A stretch of DNA of 64,000 bases from Chlorokybus atmophyticus (GCA_009103225.1 RHPI01002402.1:839412-903411), one strand, 5' to 3'. Counted from the stretch's first letter, positions 25,205-39,190 are shown. Made by a program: numbers and translations. Notes: a model not told the origin generated them from the letters alone.

Positions 25205-27224
25205 CTAAGCCTGGAACATGCGCTGCACATACGCCACAGCCCGCTTGATCACCGGTATGCGATTGAGCAGCGGGTCCACCTTCATCCCGAGGGAGTACCA
25301 CACGCGCCTGTGGTTGGCAGAGCTGCTTGGCGACCTGTACCGCATGCGCAGCAATTGCCAGTATGCAAACACCCTCATGAGGTTCCTGCTTGGCCTGTGG
25401 ACGCACACATGTGTATCAGCATGCGACGAGCACAAGTTGAACTTTACGGGCGATAAGGCCAGCACGCAAGGTGTGTGAAGACGGAGCTTACCCAGTGAAC
25501 ACTTGCAGCAGGAGAATGAAGCCGACAGTGACTTCGCATGCTGCGCATAAGAGCAGAGCGTCTTGCGTGTGCTGCTGCAGCTTAGCGTACAGGCGCGCTC
25601 CATAATTCCTGTCTCATACGAAGCGCTCATTTCCATACCCAACACATGTACACAGTCACACATGCGTACGCATATATATGAACGCATGCACGCACGTGCA
25701 CAACTACGCACGCATACACACGAGTGTAAACAATGTCTGTATCTGTGACATTCAGCCAAGGCGCAGATGTCTCACCTCCAGAGGGGGGTTTGGCTGAAGT
25801 TGCGAGACAAGTAAGTGCAGGTGTTGAAGAGAGCGCCAGTAACAATTGGCACCATAACAACTGCAGAGGACACCACACATGAACGACACAACCCCATGCA
25901 TGCTGTTGAGAAAGTTAACCAACATCCAAATCCAGGCTCAAATACAAGCTCAACATACGGGTAACGGGCGGCGCGTTCACGAACAAGAAGCAGAAAAACA
26001 GGTACTGGAAGTCATTCGTGATAGAAATGGTCTGCAGATACTGCGAGATGGACGCCCGGTTGAGTGCAGGTCTCTGCAGCAAAACACACGTGAGTACCAC
26101 CACAACCCACAAGTGTGTGACACGTCCCACCACAAACACGCGAACAAAACACGCAATCACTCACAGGGTAGGATGCCGACAGGCTTGCAAAGTAGGTGAC
26201 CATCGCGCCGATGAGTGCGAAGTTGTACGCGCGGTATCCGATCGGTCTCGGCGTGAGCGGGAAGACGTACACGAGGGCCATGACGACCACCCACGCGTTG
26301 GCCATGAAGAGGAACGTCTGCTGCTGGCTGCCTGTCTGCGAAGATGCGCGCGGGGGTGCAGAAGGTTGCCGCTGGGATGAAGTTTGTGGTGGAGGAGGTT
26401 GACGGGATGATGATGATGATGGAGGTGGTTGGGAAGTGGATGGAGTTGGAGCGGGAGTTGGAGCGTTGTCAATCTCGTAGTCGGGGTCCTGTATGCCCGA
26501 CAGCCATCAGCACTTCAAAGTCCAGTGATGTGCCGCGCTGAACGCGAGCACAGCAGTACCCACACGCGCACGGACACGCACATGCGTGCATGCTCGCGTT
26601 GCGGGTTTACGCTTGAAAACCAAGGCAGCTGTCTCTCTGGTGTGCAATGTAAGGGACTCCACATGCATGAGGATAATGGCGGAGAGGGTTGGCGAGTTAG
26701 CGTATGGTGGTGACTGCATCATGTGCATGCGTGCGTATGGCAGAAAGCCTAGGTGCACGATGCCGAGAACCAGCGGTCTGCAAGCGTGCATGAGATTTGT
26801 CTATGTCTGTGCTGAAGTGACCACTGACTGTGCTCACAAACAATGGCAGACAGGCAAGGCGACAGGTTCCATGATGTTTTCTTTTAGCTGTTTTTTAGAA
26901 ACAACAAAGCAACCTGCGCGCAACACCAGGCGAGCAGTTTGTCCAGCAATTAAGACAGCCCGTTGATTTCGCGCTAGTCTCGAGCATGTAACCGCCCAGC
27001 ATTCACAAGCAAGCACAGCCCACAATTGCAACCAACTCTCGCTCTCTGTGTATGTTTGTTTGTGTCATAATTACAATGTGTCGCTTGTAGAATTTCTGCT
27101 GTAGCCTGCGCATCGCCTGATGCTCGTCCTTCCCCGGCGGCACCGTCACGTTAAGCCTGTAAGACTGCCACGCCGAGTCCCCAGCCCAGTCGTGCCGCTC
27201 AAACCCATCCTGGCCCCGGCCCAT
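25205..27224 (-). CDS. TMEM33: TMEM33/Pom33-family membrane protein, plant type
   Basis: MGRGQDGFERHDWAGDSAWQSYRLNVTVPP...QKFYKRHI|DPDYEID, QTFLFMANAWVVVMALVYVFPL...YRAYNFALIGA, NDFQYLFFC, RNLMRVFAYWQLLRMRY...RRVWYSLGMKVDPLL...RMFQA-TAG. Matches the architecture of the plant At3g02420-type protein as recalled. Confidence 0.88.
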
Positions 27225-27504
27225 CCTGCCGCCCACCGCACCAACCACGACCACAACCACGGCCACCACGACCACTACCAGCACTACGACCAGCACGCCA
27301 CCTAGCACCACGCCGACGACGACACCTCCGCCGCCCCTGCCGCCGCCGCCCTCACCCACCACCACCACCACAACGGCAGGCCACAGTCTGCTCTGGCCTG
27401 GTAGTTTGGCTGCTCGGCAGGCGGAGGCGGAGGCGGAGGTGGAGGTGGAGGTGGAGGTGGAGCGGCGGTAGTTTGTGGTGGTGGGCGTTATTGGCAACAT
27501 TGAC

Positions 27505-30500
27505 ATGGTTGTGGAGGATGGCGGAGGTGGAGGGGCGGCGGAGGGGTTGAAAAAGTCGACGCCGGAACAAGAGGTGCGTGTTGTGTATGTGCTGTTCTTT
27601 CTGCTTTTCAGTCGTTGCGTGCCTCGCCTACATGCGTTTTGTTTTTCTCTTTGCTGCTTTGGCTTTGCATGTAACCAGGCCAGGAGCCTGATAAGCCATG
27701 CACGATTATGTTGCTTTGTCACACCAGCATCTGTTCAACTATAGACAAGCAGCTGTGCCGTTTCTACCAGATAGACAAAGAGGGGAATCTAAAAAGTAAA
27801 GCACTCAAACCAACTCAACCGTGGTTCTTGTTTTGGTCTGCATCTTGACTCGGAGTAGACACAGTTGACACCATCAATCGCAGCACCCGGCAATGTTCAC
27901 GGCTGCGCGTTAACTATGTGCTTACTAGTGCAAACAGCGTGCATGCAGTACACGCGTAGTGTAGCGCATCACATCATCTATGACAATGTTGGTTATGCGG
28001 TTTGTTTCAGTCATTTGCAACAGATGATTGGTGCGGAATCAGCACAGCCACATGCATTTTCCGCGTACTATGTCGTGATGCTCGTGGCTGCCTTGCACAT
28101 AGGATGGCCGGGACGCATCTCCAGATGAAGATGTGAAGAAAGCAGTCGAGCTGAAGAGACAGCTGAGGCAGAGCAACCTGAACCCGCAGAGACCAGGTAT
28201 GAGAGTTTTGATGGCTACAAGCATTTGCACACAACTTCAACACCAACATCTCAACACAGGCTAAATGTGGGTATGTTGCGTTCTGTGTCGATGATATCCA
28301 TTCTCCTATTGCAGATGAGGTGGCGTTGAAGGCGTTTGACTCCAGCGTGAAGCGCAACAGCGCGGTGATCAAGAAGCTTCGCGTCATCTCGGAGGAGAAC
28401 AGAGACTCTCTGCTGGAGGAGCTGCGCGCCGTCAACCTCACCAAATACGTCAGCGAGGCCGTCACCGCCATCGCGGAAGCGAGGCTAAAAACGAACGACA
28501 TCAACGCCGCCGTACAGGTGCGTGCGCGTCGCTCGTGCGCGTGCGCGTGCATGCGTACACGCATGTGTTTATGTCACTGTATTGTATTATGTTTGACATG
28601 TGACACAGTCGCTCTCTATCTGCGCAGGTGTGCTCTTTCCTGCACCAGCGTTACGCGGAGTTCTCATCTCAGCTGGTCGCGGCGTTGGTCCGCGCGTTCA
28701 AGTTGGCGGACACCGACGCCGACAAGAATGCGCGTCCAGTGCGGAAGCGCTCCTCGCTGCGCTTGCTGGTGGAACTCTACCAAGGCGGCGTGTACGATAC
28801 CCCGCAGGTCCTGCAAAACGCTGTCAAAGAGCTGGTAAGGGGACTCAGTTGGGAGTTGGTTGAGTGTGTTGTTGTGATGAAGTGGTGCGGGTGACGAGTG
28901 ATGTTGTTTGATGTTGTGTACTTTTTGGTTCAGACAGGGTCTGAGCAGCTTCGGGACAGGGAGTTGCTTCAGCAGAATCTTTCGCTGCTCGTCAGCTTTG
29001 CGAGGCAGTCGCAGGGCATGCTTGGACGCAACCCAAGTGACCCAGAGGTTTGTCATACACACGCATGTGCATGCATGTTTGTGTAAACCGCGCGCGTGCG
29101 CAGGCACGCACGCACGCACGCACGCACGTGTCTTGTGCTTACAGCGAGCTGACATTGTCCTTCACAGCAGGCTGCCACTGTGCTTCCCAGCAACGTGCAG
29201 CAGACAATGCTGCAGACGCTCGAGACTTTCTACCAGGCGACTCTGAGGCATCTGAAGGCCGAGCACTTGGTACAGACATGCATGCATGAATGCCGATGCG
29301 TGCTGCGGCTGAGCGATATGGGATTCAATAGTATAACATGCAGGCATTGCATGAGGTGGAGCTGGAGAACCAGCGGGCGTTGGGCACGCGCGCTGAAGTT
29401 GCCGACGATGGCGCGTACGAGAAGCTTCGCAAGTCTTTCGACCAGCTGTTGCGCAGCGTCTCATCGTGAGTGTTCACGTACAACAACCTCCACCACGGCA
29501 GACATGACACGATACAGCCATGCTCACCCTCGCACGCAGGTTTGCCGAGTCGATGGACTTCAGCCCCCCCATACTGCCGGAAGACGATTCTACCACGCGC
29601 ATCGCATCGGGACAAACAGCCACCACTACCGCACAGGTGATGCAGCATTTTCCCATTGCATGGCCTTTATGTATAGAAACAATGCGTCATCATAGCTTAC
29701 AACCAATCGCTGCTATTGTAGGAAGGACCTGAGCCCGTGTTTGATGACGAGGACACGCGCACATTATACGAAAGCCTTCCTGACCTGAGGTTTCTTTGCT
29801 TTGATGCAGTATGTTGATGACTTTGCAAAACAAGCTTGAAGTCTGGTCGCAGGCTTATTGGATGATACGTTCTTGCTTGCAGAGTGCTGGTGCCAGCTGT
29901 GCTATTGGGTGACACTGAGAAAGACAGCTCACGCGCAAGTGAACAGGTACAAATGCCCTGTCTGCAGCATGTTGGCACGCGCTCACACATCTCCAACATC
30001 GACTTCTGTACAGGACACGGCTGCGTATACAAGCGGAGCCAATGAAAGCACCTCAGGCAAGGATGAGACAACCGCCGGCAAGACACAGACGGATGATACA
30101 AAGGATGGGACCAAGTCGAAACTTACAGATACGGGTGGACTGGACGCGCTGCTTCAGAGACTACCAAATTGCTGCAGCCGCAATCTCATCGACCAACTTG
30201 CTGTAAGTCAATGTCGATATATATTCGAACACAGAACCCTTGTTGATCCATATGTTTCAGGTTGAGTTCTGTTATGTCAACACTAAAGGCGCCCGCAAGC
30301 GACTCGTGAAAGCGCTGTTCAGCGTGCCGCGCACGGCTCTGGAGTTGTTGCCTTACTACGCGCGGTTGACAGCGACCCTTTCCAGCTGCATGAAGGACAT
30401 CGGGCAGCCCCTCGTGGCGATGCTGGAAGAAGAGTTTGACTTCCTTGTACAGAAGAAGGTTGTGTGTGTGTGTGCAGCTGTGAGAGGGTGATGGCGGGTG

Positions 30501-33245
30501 TGTATGGGGAGGTTGTTGATGTGATGGTTGTGTACAGGATCAAATGAACATTGAGACCAAGATTAAAAACGTGCGCTTTCTTGGCGAGTTGTGCAAGTTC
30601 AAGATTGTAAAGGCGGGTGTCGTTTTCAACTGTCTGAAGGTATGGTCATGAGCGTAGCTGATACGTGTTGGCGTGCGTGTATGTTGTGTCGTGGCTTTGC
30701 GGCTCGTATGTGTGACCTCATGTGCAGGTGTGTTTTGACGACTTCACGCATCACAACGTGGACGTTGCGTGCAACCTTCTTGAAGTGTGCGGCCGTTACC
30801 TGTACAAGACGCCGGAGACGAGCATCCGCACGCGCAATCTGCTGGAGATATTGATGCGTCTGAAGAACGCCAAGAACTTGGACACCCGGCAGAGCACGCT
30901 CGTGGAGAACGCGTACTACTTGTGCAAGCCGCCCGAACGAGCGGCTCGCATTGTTAAAACCCGCACGCCACTCCAAGAGGTCAGGCAGGACTATTTCACT
31001 TAAGCAATAGTCATGCCCACAGTATCATCCGCGCTCGTGAAATGTTGTATGGCTGACACATGCAGACGCATACATGCATGCACTCACAACGTGTATGTGT
31101 GCACGTGCGTGTGCACGCATACGCATGCACACGCCTACACACGCATCACATTCCCCCTGTTTCCTACGTGCTCTCTGTACGCTATGTGCGCGTGAGTGCG
31201 TGCCTTTTGCGTGCACTTGTGCTCATGTGCGCGTGTATGTACCACAGTACATACGACATTTGGTGTACGTGGAGGTCGGAAGGGCTCCGGTCGAGAAAGT
31301 GCTGCGCCAGTTGCGCAGGCTGCCCTGGCGCCAGTGCGAAGACTACATTCTCAACTGCATGCTGCGCGTCCACAAGGTCAAGTACAGCCACGTCCACCTC
31401 ATCGCGTCTCTGGTGGCCGGTCTGAGCCGCTACCACGACACCCTTGGGATCAAGATAGGTGGGGTTGAGAGCTGGTACAACCGTTTGGTTCGTGAATGCT
31501 TGCTTGATTTGTGTCCCTGAGCTGTGCGTATTGCAGTGGATGCGGTGCTTGAAGAGCTTCGCGTCGGACTTGAAGACACCAATCGCATGCATCAGGTCAG
31601 TTGGAACAACCACATCAGTCCTTGTGTTGAGATAGTGCTGTGTGTTTTCTTGCTCGTGTGTGTGTTTATACCAGAGAGGATTTGTATCAATTAACCATTT
31701 TATCTGTTTCTCTGGATCTTTTGCAGCAACGACGTGTGGCGCTTGTCAAGTTTCTGGGCGAGTTGTACAACTACAGAATGATTGATTCCAAACTAATTTT
31801 CGATATGTTGTACTTGGTTCTGTCCTTCGGCCACGAGGGCACAGAGGTGAGCAACAACTTTTTTCACAATGCTCACTCCAACACGTTGCGTGTGGGATGT
31901 CCCTATATACAAATTATTTGCATCAGGAAGAGGCGGAGTGGCTTGAAGACTGCTTCCGAGTACGTTTGGTTTGCACGCTGCTCGGAACGTGCGGTCAGTT
32001 CTTCGACCGCGGGTCTTCCCGACGCAAGTTGGACATATTCCTCGTGTACTTCCAGCGCTACATTATAAACCTTCCCAGCGTGCCAATGGACCTGGAATTT
32101 GACCTACAGGTAGATAATCAATCACATGCATGGCGCTGATGGCCTTTTTGAAAATTCCCAACATGCCTCTCTTGAGCTTGCTTTGCTTTGCATGGCAGGA
32201 CTTGTTTGAGATGTTGCGGCCGAAGCTCGTGCGTTACAAAACCATTGAGGAAGCGCAAGAGGCGGTGTCTGAGCTCGAGAGGCAATTAGCGAGCAGCGGG
32301 ATGGCGCAATCGGCTGGTTCGGGTGCAGGTTCAGCGGAAGTTGATAGCAGCATTGACGGCAGCGACAGCGAGGCGGATGCTTACAAGGAGGAGGATGAAG
32401 ACGACGAGGAGGACGAGGAGGATGGCGATGAGGCGGGCGAGTCTGAAGAGACGGATGCGGATGAGGTGGAGAGCGTGACGAGGGGGGCGCAGTCGGACCA
32501 GGAAGAGGATGCTGTGGTTGTGGCGCGCAAACCGATGGCGCCGGAAGAAGATGAGGAGTTTGAGAGGGAGTTCAAAGCTATGGTTGCTGAGTCGATTGAG
32601 TCGCGTAAACATGAAGTGCGCAAGGGCTCCACGTTGAACATTGTGCTTCCGGTACGATGTCACTGATTGCTGCATTCCGCCTCCCCCCTCCTCTTTGCTA
32701 TCATTTGTTCAATCGTCTTTGTTGTGTATAATGTGTGTATGTTTGGCAATAGTCGAGTGTCAATGAGTCTCTGCTGTTCCAGCCTGAACACAAGCGAACC
32801 GGACTCTCGGATGAGGGAAGCAACCCGTCGCCCACGTTGGGAGACAGTGTCGCCTTCAAGGTGCTCGTCAGAAAGGGAGCGAAGCAGCAGGTCAAGGAGC
32901 TGCAGGTGCCAAAGGACTCGAGCTGGGCACAACGCTCACGTCAGAAAGAGGAGGCGGAGAGGGAGGAGAAGCAAGAGCTGAAGCGACTGGTACGTGGTTA
33001 AATGTAGCCTGGCATTGTGCATGAGAGATCGTCACTGCCGCGCAGTCAAAGCAGTTCTGCTGTGAAGTACTGACTTTGGATTCTGGTAGGTGTTGGAGTA
33101 CAACCAACGAGACGAGGACGACTCGGAGGTCGTCGCACCACCGGTCAATCGCACAATCCTCTCAACAGCTGGGACACGCCCAAACCGGTGGAGTCAGCAC
33201 CAGCAGCGGCCACATGCTGCTGGAACCCAGCGACGGAGGAAGTAG
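27505..33245 (+). CDS. UPF2: Regulator of nonsense transcripts UPF2 (three MIF4G domains), many exons
   Basis: LRQSNLNPQRP, FDSSVKRNSAVIKKL, VNLTKYVSEAV, VFDDEDTRTLYESLPDL, LPYYARLTATL, DQMNIETKIKNVRFLGELCKF, ENAYYLCKPPER, LVKFLGELYNY, acidic tract, FKVLVRKGAKQQVKELQVP; ends QRRRK-TAG. Confidence 0.97.
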
Positions 33246-33602
33246 TGGTCCGCTAACAACATGGGCATTGTGTGCAGCACTGTTCACTTTGGCACAACAG
33301 GCATGCTCAGCACGCAGGATTGGATAAGACCGTGCGCTGTTACTACTGCCCAGCGCCATCATGCAGAGCCCGCAGGTGCTGTACATTGTGGATGGGTTAC
33401 AACTTCGGTTGTAAGTGCAAAATGGGCCATAAGGACTGGGCCATGCAGCCACGGAAGACGTCATAGTACTGGAGCGTGCAAGCACAGACGAATGGCAGAC
33501 AGCACAGCACGCTGAGGTCATGGTCAAGGTGTTGCCACCGATGTGACAGGCTAGCATATAGTTACATAGGCCGGCTTTACGGGCTTGTAGTAGTAACTCC
33601 AC

Positions 33603-36497
33603 CTATTTCAACTTAGCAACATGGCGAGGTTTCTGCATTGCTTCTACATGAGCAGGCAGTAGACTGAGCTTTGCATCTATGTCGGCCAGAGTGTTGAGCA
33701 GAATTCCCTTCTCAATGGACACTAGTTGCGTTGCTACCCGCTCCCTTGTGGACACCGTACCACTTCTCAACTGACAATGCAAGTTCTGTGAGTCACGCAA
33801 CCGCACAATCAAGCAGTACCACACATTGCAAGCACATCGTGTAAAAACAGTAAGGGTGAGGTTGCGCACCAGTGCCTCGTCTTCTTCCAGCGTTCGTGGA
33901 TATTTTGACAAGCGCTGTTGCACGTAATCCTTCAACTGGAGCAATGCACCCTTCTCCACAGTTGGATCTCGCTGTGCACAACAGCAACAGTCCCACTTAA
34001 CAGGCTGACGCAATAACTTCACTGTCATTATGACTGAGGGAGGAGGCTGGTGCTTACCAGACAAACAGGACCGTCGGCAAAATCGATCTTGCTGAGTTCA
34101 TCTGCATCACTTGCGTGTGCAAAGCGCATGTACGTCAGCATCTTCTCAACGGCATCAGACTCCTTGCCCCTGTACAACTGAACACACCAGCACATGTTAA
34201 GCCACCTACAAAAGAGGGCGCCTTTCTTGGGGTCGCAACAACTAGCAACAACGCTAGTAGCTGTTACAGAAGCAGCATAGTTGCTAGTCTGATGTCTAAG
34301 ATACACATGTACCAGCAATGGTTGGCACCTGGAAAGTTTGAACTGTCGAAAGGCCATGATGCTGAAGAATCAACCTTTTCTTTTGGAATAGAGGATCATC
34401 GTTTGGTAGCGAAGTCTGCAGAAAAGGCGCAAGCAATGGTGTTGTAATTAAGGTTGTGAAACAGCTGTGACTGATGGCATGGGCCCTTGGAAAGCAGCAA
34501 TTACCTCAACAACAAGCCTGTCATACGGGTTGTTGGGGTCGACAAAGCCATAATTCAACAGCAGCTTTGCATTTGGCTGCGGGCCGCACCTGCAAACATG
34601 TATTACAAATTGAGGCACCGTCCAGCCTGCTTTTGCCCACCACAATCTCGCAAACTCATACCACACACTGATGGGTTCTCCAGCCTTGTATGGTCGGTCT
34701 ATTGTGAGGGACACATGGTCATCATCGTCATGCTTGAGCAGCGCTCGGCAGGTGCTGCTGTACGCCAAAAATGGAGGTCCAAGCGGGACCAGCGCAAACC
34801 GTTTTGCAATATTTACATTCTGCAGACGGCAAACCAGTCAGATGGAACGTAGATGACATAGGAGTACAGACTCATGCATTGATGATTGCAACAGCCTAGC
34901 ACGCCTGCACTCACCTGCAAGTGAACTACACATGATTGCACTGCGACAAAGGCTTGCTTAAAAATGTTCAAGCTGAACGCCTCTGTTGGAATATCATATG
35001 GGTACTTCTGAAATAAAGAGCCCGCGATAAACCAGACAGTGTCCAGCTCCTGATACTCCTTTTCAATCACCGCAAGGCGATTCTCAACTTCTGCCTGCCA
35101 AGCACCTTGACACGTCAACGTCAACGCAGATGCTGCAGCTCCATCAAGTCCCGTATGTGATAAAACAAGTGAATGCACCACAAACTCGATAGTTGGTAGC
35201 GTTAGTCCTCACCACAACAGGGCTCCCTGCAAGCAACGTGTACAACTCTTCCTCCTTCCACAGCAGCGGCGACTCAACAGCTGCCTGCCCTCGAGCACGT
35301 TGCCTGTCGAGTTCTTTAATGTATGATGACCAAAACGACTTCGCACCGGACTTCTTCTCATACATCATATACAACGCCAGACACGCCAGCTCAGATAACG
35401 AATTTGTGGTCAACAACTCCGCTGCAGGACAGTGTGATGCATGATTAGCAATGTGGAGCACAGTTTCGTAACACATTGCCGTCTTCTGAGTAGAGTATAA
35501 ACACGCAAATGTGTCTGTATTTGGCCTCACCAAGCGTCTCATCACCAAACACGCGCTCCAAAGTAACAATCAGTCCATCAGGGATGCGCAACACAACGTC
35601 TCCTGCCTGCAAAACATGGAATCTATATATGGAACCTTTGAGTGCAAATCATGGTGATTCAATCTTAGTTACAAGGAGAAAGAGCACAGTGTCATGTGCA
35701 CAGACAAGCAGTTATGCTGATGCCGATTGTACAGGCCAGTGCTGCCCAGCAATCGGTCCCTCCAGCAATATGAGGCCTATACCATAACTTCACGGTGCGC
35801 CAAATGAATGCAAGCTTGCAACGCATTCGCACCTACATGGCTTACATGGCTTTGCACCCACATAACCAACCGTCACAAGTATCAAAGCAGCCTCGGCATT
35901 TATGCAATGTCATGTCAACATTTACACTCAAACGTTGACAACCGACAACGCGGACGCAGCATGACAACTGACATTGCATGATAGGTTTTCTGACGGTATG
36001 ACATTGCATACAAGCGAAGCGGCTGCTCTAAAGCGCGTGTTGCCTCACACGTTATTCGCTCACAACCCGTGCATTGTTCACACAATGTTCACAAAACGCT
36101 GCCCACGCACCTTGAGGTCTTCGCTGGCAATACAAACGTGGATGGGCGGCTCCCCAGGCTTGATGGCCCTGTCTTCTAGTCTGATCTTGGCGGGGGGCAT
36201 GCCCTGCTCCAGCATCCAATGCATGAGATCCCCGGTAGCCGCCTCAGCCCTCGCAGCCTGCGCCGCCTGCGCAAACCGCGTCTTCCTGGCTACCCTCGTC
36301 CCAGCCACGCCCGCCGTTCCCGCCGCCCTCGTCAACCTCCCCGGCGCCATGGGCCTCCATGGCTGCCGCCCCGCACCCCTCAACCAGCTGCTACCCAACT
36401 GCTGCTGCTGTTGCTGCTGCTCGGATCGCCCGCCGCCGGTGGAACAGCTCGCCCCGCAACTACTCACCGGCACGCACATCAGCGACACCGCCGCCAT
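33603..36497 (-). CDS. SAFE1: Plastid SET-domain / Rubisco-LSMT family protein, At5g14260 (SAFE1)-like
   Basis: VTLERVFGDETL|AELLTTNSLSELACLALYMMYEKK, ELDRQRARGQAAVESPLLW, ELDTVWFIAGSLFQKYPYDIPTEAF, FALVPLGPP, CGPQPNAKLLLNYGFVD; transit-peptide-like N-terminus. Confidence 0.85.
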
Positions 36498-36738
36498 GCC
36501 TTCCCCTACCCTGCTCACACCCCGCCAACAATGCCACCAATGCCGCCACCACCGCCGCCGCCGAAGCAGCGCACTTCACTGACCCGTTCCGCTGATTCAC
36601 TGAACTAAAGGGTGAATCTCTCCCCGGCTTCGCTGCTGCGCGAGTGAACTATTTGGATGAGGTGATTGAGTGGCTCATTCAAGCTCGAGCTCAGCGGCGC
36701 TGCTCATTGGCTGCTACTTTACAGTCTACAGGCGACTT

Positions 36739-36776
36739 ACACGTGGAAGTGGCCAGTCGTGCATGCATTAGGGTTT
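36739..36776 (+). promoter_or_regulatory. G-box/ABRE-like ACACGTGG (36739-36746) and telo-box TAGGGTTT (36769-36776) in the SAFE1/HEME1 bidirectional promoter
   Basis: Exact motifs within the ~330 bp between the divergent ATGs. Confidence 0.5.
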
Positions 36777-36826
36777 GCGGCGGTGGCGGTGGCGGTGAGA
36801 GGAGGTTGGGGGGTGGGGCGGCGAGG

Positions 36827-38706
36827 ATGCTGGGCGTCTTTGTCGGGGTGGACGGGGTGTCAGCTGCGGGGATCGCGGCGTTGAGCTCTTCCTCGAGGCC
36901 GGCACGCAGGTTGTCTTGCAGGCGGGGGACCGCCACTGCTGTTGCCCCGCGAACGAGGCGCAATGCTGTGTGCGTGCAGACTGCGGAGACGGCTGATAGC
37001 GCCTCTCCAGCCCAAACAAAAGGCAAGAGTGCTTTTCTACGTCATCTTGACGAAATCACGCAGGGCACTGTACGCTGCATCGTGAGGTTTAAGTTTAGTC
37101 GCCCAATGCACTGGAGTGTACTGAACACCATATTCTTCAGACCCACCCTCCACCCCCCCACCCCTCTGCAGCGAAGTGTCTTTGCTTAATGTAGTGAGAG
37201 GCAAATAAGCAACATGCATGCACAATAGACGAGCATTACGAACATAAACGCATGCCAAGTATTGCATGCGCTTATATTCGTATATTCGTATCTCCTAATT
37301 GCCGGTCACGCGAAGCAGTGAGTTGTCTCTATGTGCATTGTGCTGTTGATGCCGGTGATGATTCGTTGACCTGTCAATGTTGCTTGTGCAGACCCGTTGC
37401 TAGTGCGCGCAGCCCGTGGTGAAGTGGTCCCGAGGGCACCAGCATGGATGATGCGACAAGCTGGAAGGTATCAACAAGCATACAGAGATCTTGCTGAACG
37501 GCATCCATCTTTTCGCGAGCGCTCAGAGACGACAGAGTTGATTGTAGAAATATCATTACAGCCCTGGCAGTCCTTCCAACCCGATGGCGTGATCTTGTTC
37601 TCAGATATTCTTACACCGCTTCCCTCTATGGGAGTGCCCTTTGAGATCGACGACTTAAAAGGCCCTCTCATTGACAACCCCATCCGCACAACAGAGCAGC
37701 TGGCTGCATTGAAACCAATTAATTGCGACGACCTTCGGTTTGTGGGGGATGCGCTACGATTGCTTCGGTCTGAGGTCAGTTCAGGACACTTGTAGAAGAA
37801 AGGTTGTTGAAGCCAACAGAACAGCAAGCATGTCTCTTGGCAGTGAAATGCTTGTCGGCGCCGGACACTGCATACTTTTTGTTGCATTTTCAAGTGATAA
37901 GTTGAAAGGTACCACACGTGCAGGTTTGACACCAAGTCTGTCAATGCTGGTGATGTACGCAGGTGGGGAACAACGCTGCTGTGCTTGGATTTGTTGGTGC
38001 GCCGTGGACACTGGCCACATACATCGTGGAGGGCAAGAGTACGCGCACGTACACCAAAATTAAGCGCATGGCGTATGCTGCCCCAGATGTGTTGCATCGG
38101 CTGCTTTCACATCTGGCCACGGCCATTGGCGAGTACTGCAATTTCCAGATTGAGTCCGGTGCCCAGTGCATACAGATCTTTGATTCATGGGGAGGTCAGC
38201 TCACCCCAAAAGACTGGGATCGGCTGTCTTTACCGTACATCCAGAAGGTAATACTAGTCGCCAGTTGTAAGAACAATGATGCAGCCATTGTTGCATGCTT
38301 GAGTGCCCATCACGTTGGTGCATCACACACAAGTCATTTCTTGCTTCAGGTTGTGTCTACGGTGAGGGAGAAGCACCCAGAAACGCCTTTGGTGTTGTAC
38401 GCCAATGGCAGCGGCGGTATGTTGGAACGCATGCGGGCAGCGGGCACGGATGTCATTGGTCTTGACTGGACCGTGGACATGGCGGATGCGAGGTCAAGGC
38501 TGGGTAGCGGTGTTGCTGTGCAGGGCAATGTGGACCCTGCAGTGTTGTTTGCTACTGAGTCTGCAATCGAAGAAGCTGTCAGGGACTGTCTAACCAAGGC
38601 TGGAAAGACAGGACATATCCTCAACCTTGGGCATGGAGTGCTTGTGGGTACTCCAGAGGAGTCTGTGGCTCACTTTTTTGACATCAACAGAAGGATATCT
38701 ATATGA
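36827..38706 (+). CDS. HEME1: Uroporphyrinogen decarboxylase, plastid (HEME1-like)
   Basis: [85 protein letters not shown]. Confidence 0.97.
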
Positions 38707-38924
38707 CACACCGGGTGTTCTATATGAGCGCGTAGTCTATTTTTGCTGCTGTGTAAGTAATTGTTTGCCGCTGTTGGAGCATTGCCTGCGACTTGTCTGC
38801 CAGTACTGATTTTTATCCTGTGATTTGACATCGCCCTACAGCAGCTGGGCCAGGACTCCTGGCCCTGGAGTCATGTACGTTCTTAACATCTCAACATATG
38901 GTATCACATAACAACATAAATGGC

Positions 38925-39190
38925 AGTAGGCAGCTACTGCTGTTTATGGTGTCATGTACATACAATGCGCGTGGCATATGCTTAGTGACAATCACCACAA
39001 TCATACCACTCATATTTCACACTACCACGTAGTTCACCACCGGGCTACTCTACCTGATCTACCTACTACTGCTAACACCCCGTCAGCTATGCAAGCATGC
39101 ATACATGCGCAGTCACCTGCGGCACGGCTGTGTGGTTAGCGGCCACGACAGCAGTAGACTCAACGAACTCCCCCCTCTCTCCCCCTTGCC
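38925..39190 (-). repeat. Single copy of an unnamed repeat family (homologous to the 61.3-62.3 kb array)
   Basis: The reverse complement shares collinear blocks with the 62192 copy: gcaggtga / catgcttgc / ctgacggggt / agtagg / tagcccggtggtgaa. It also shares actgccatttatgt with the 61347 copy. Confidence 0.8.
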
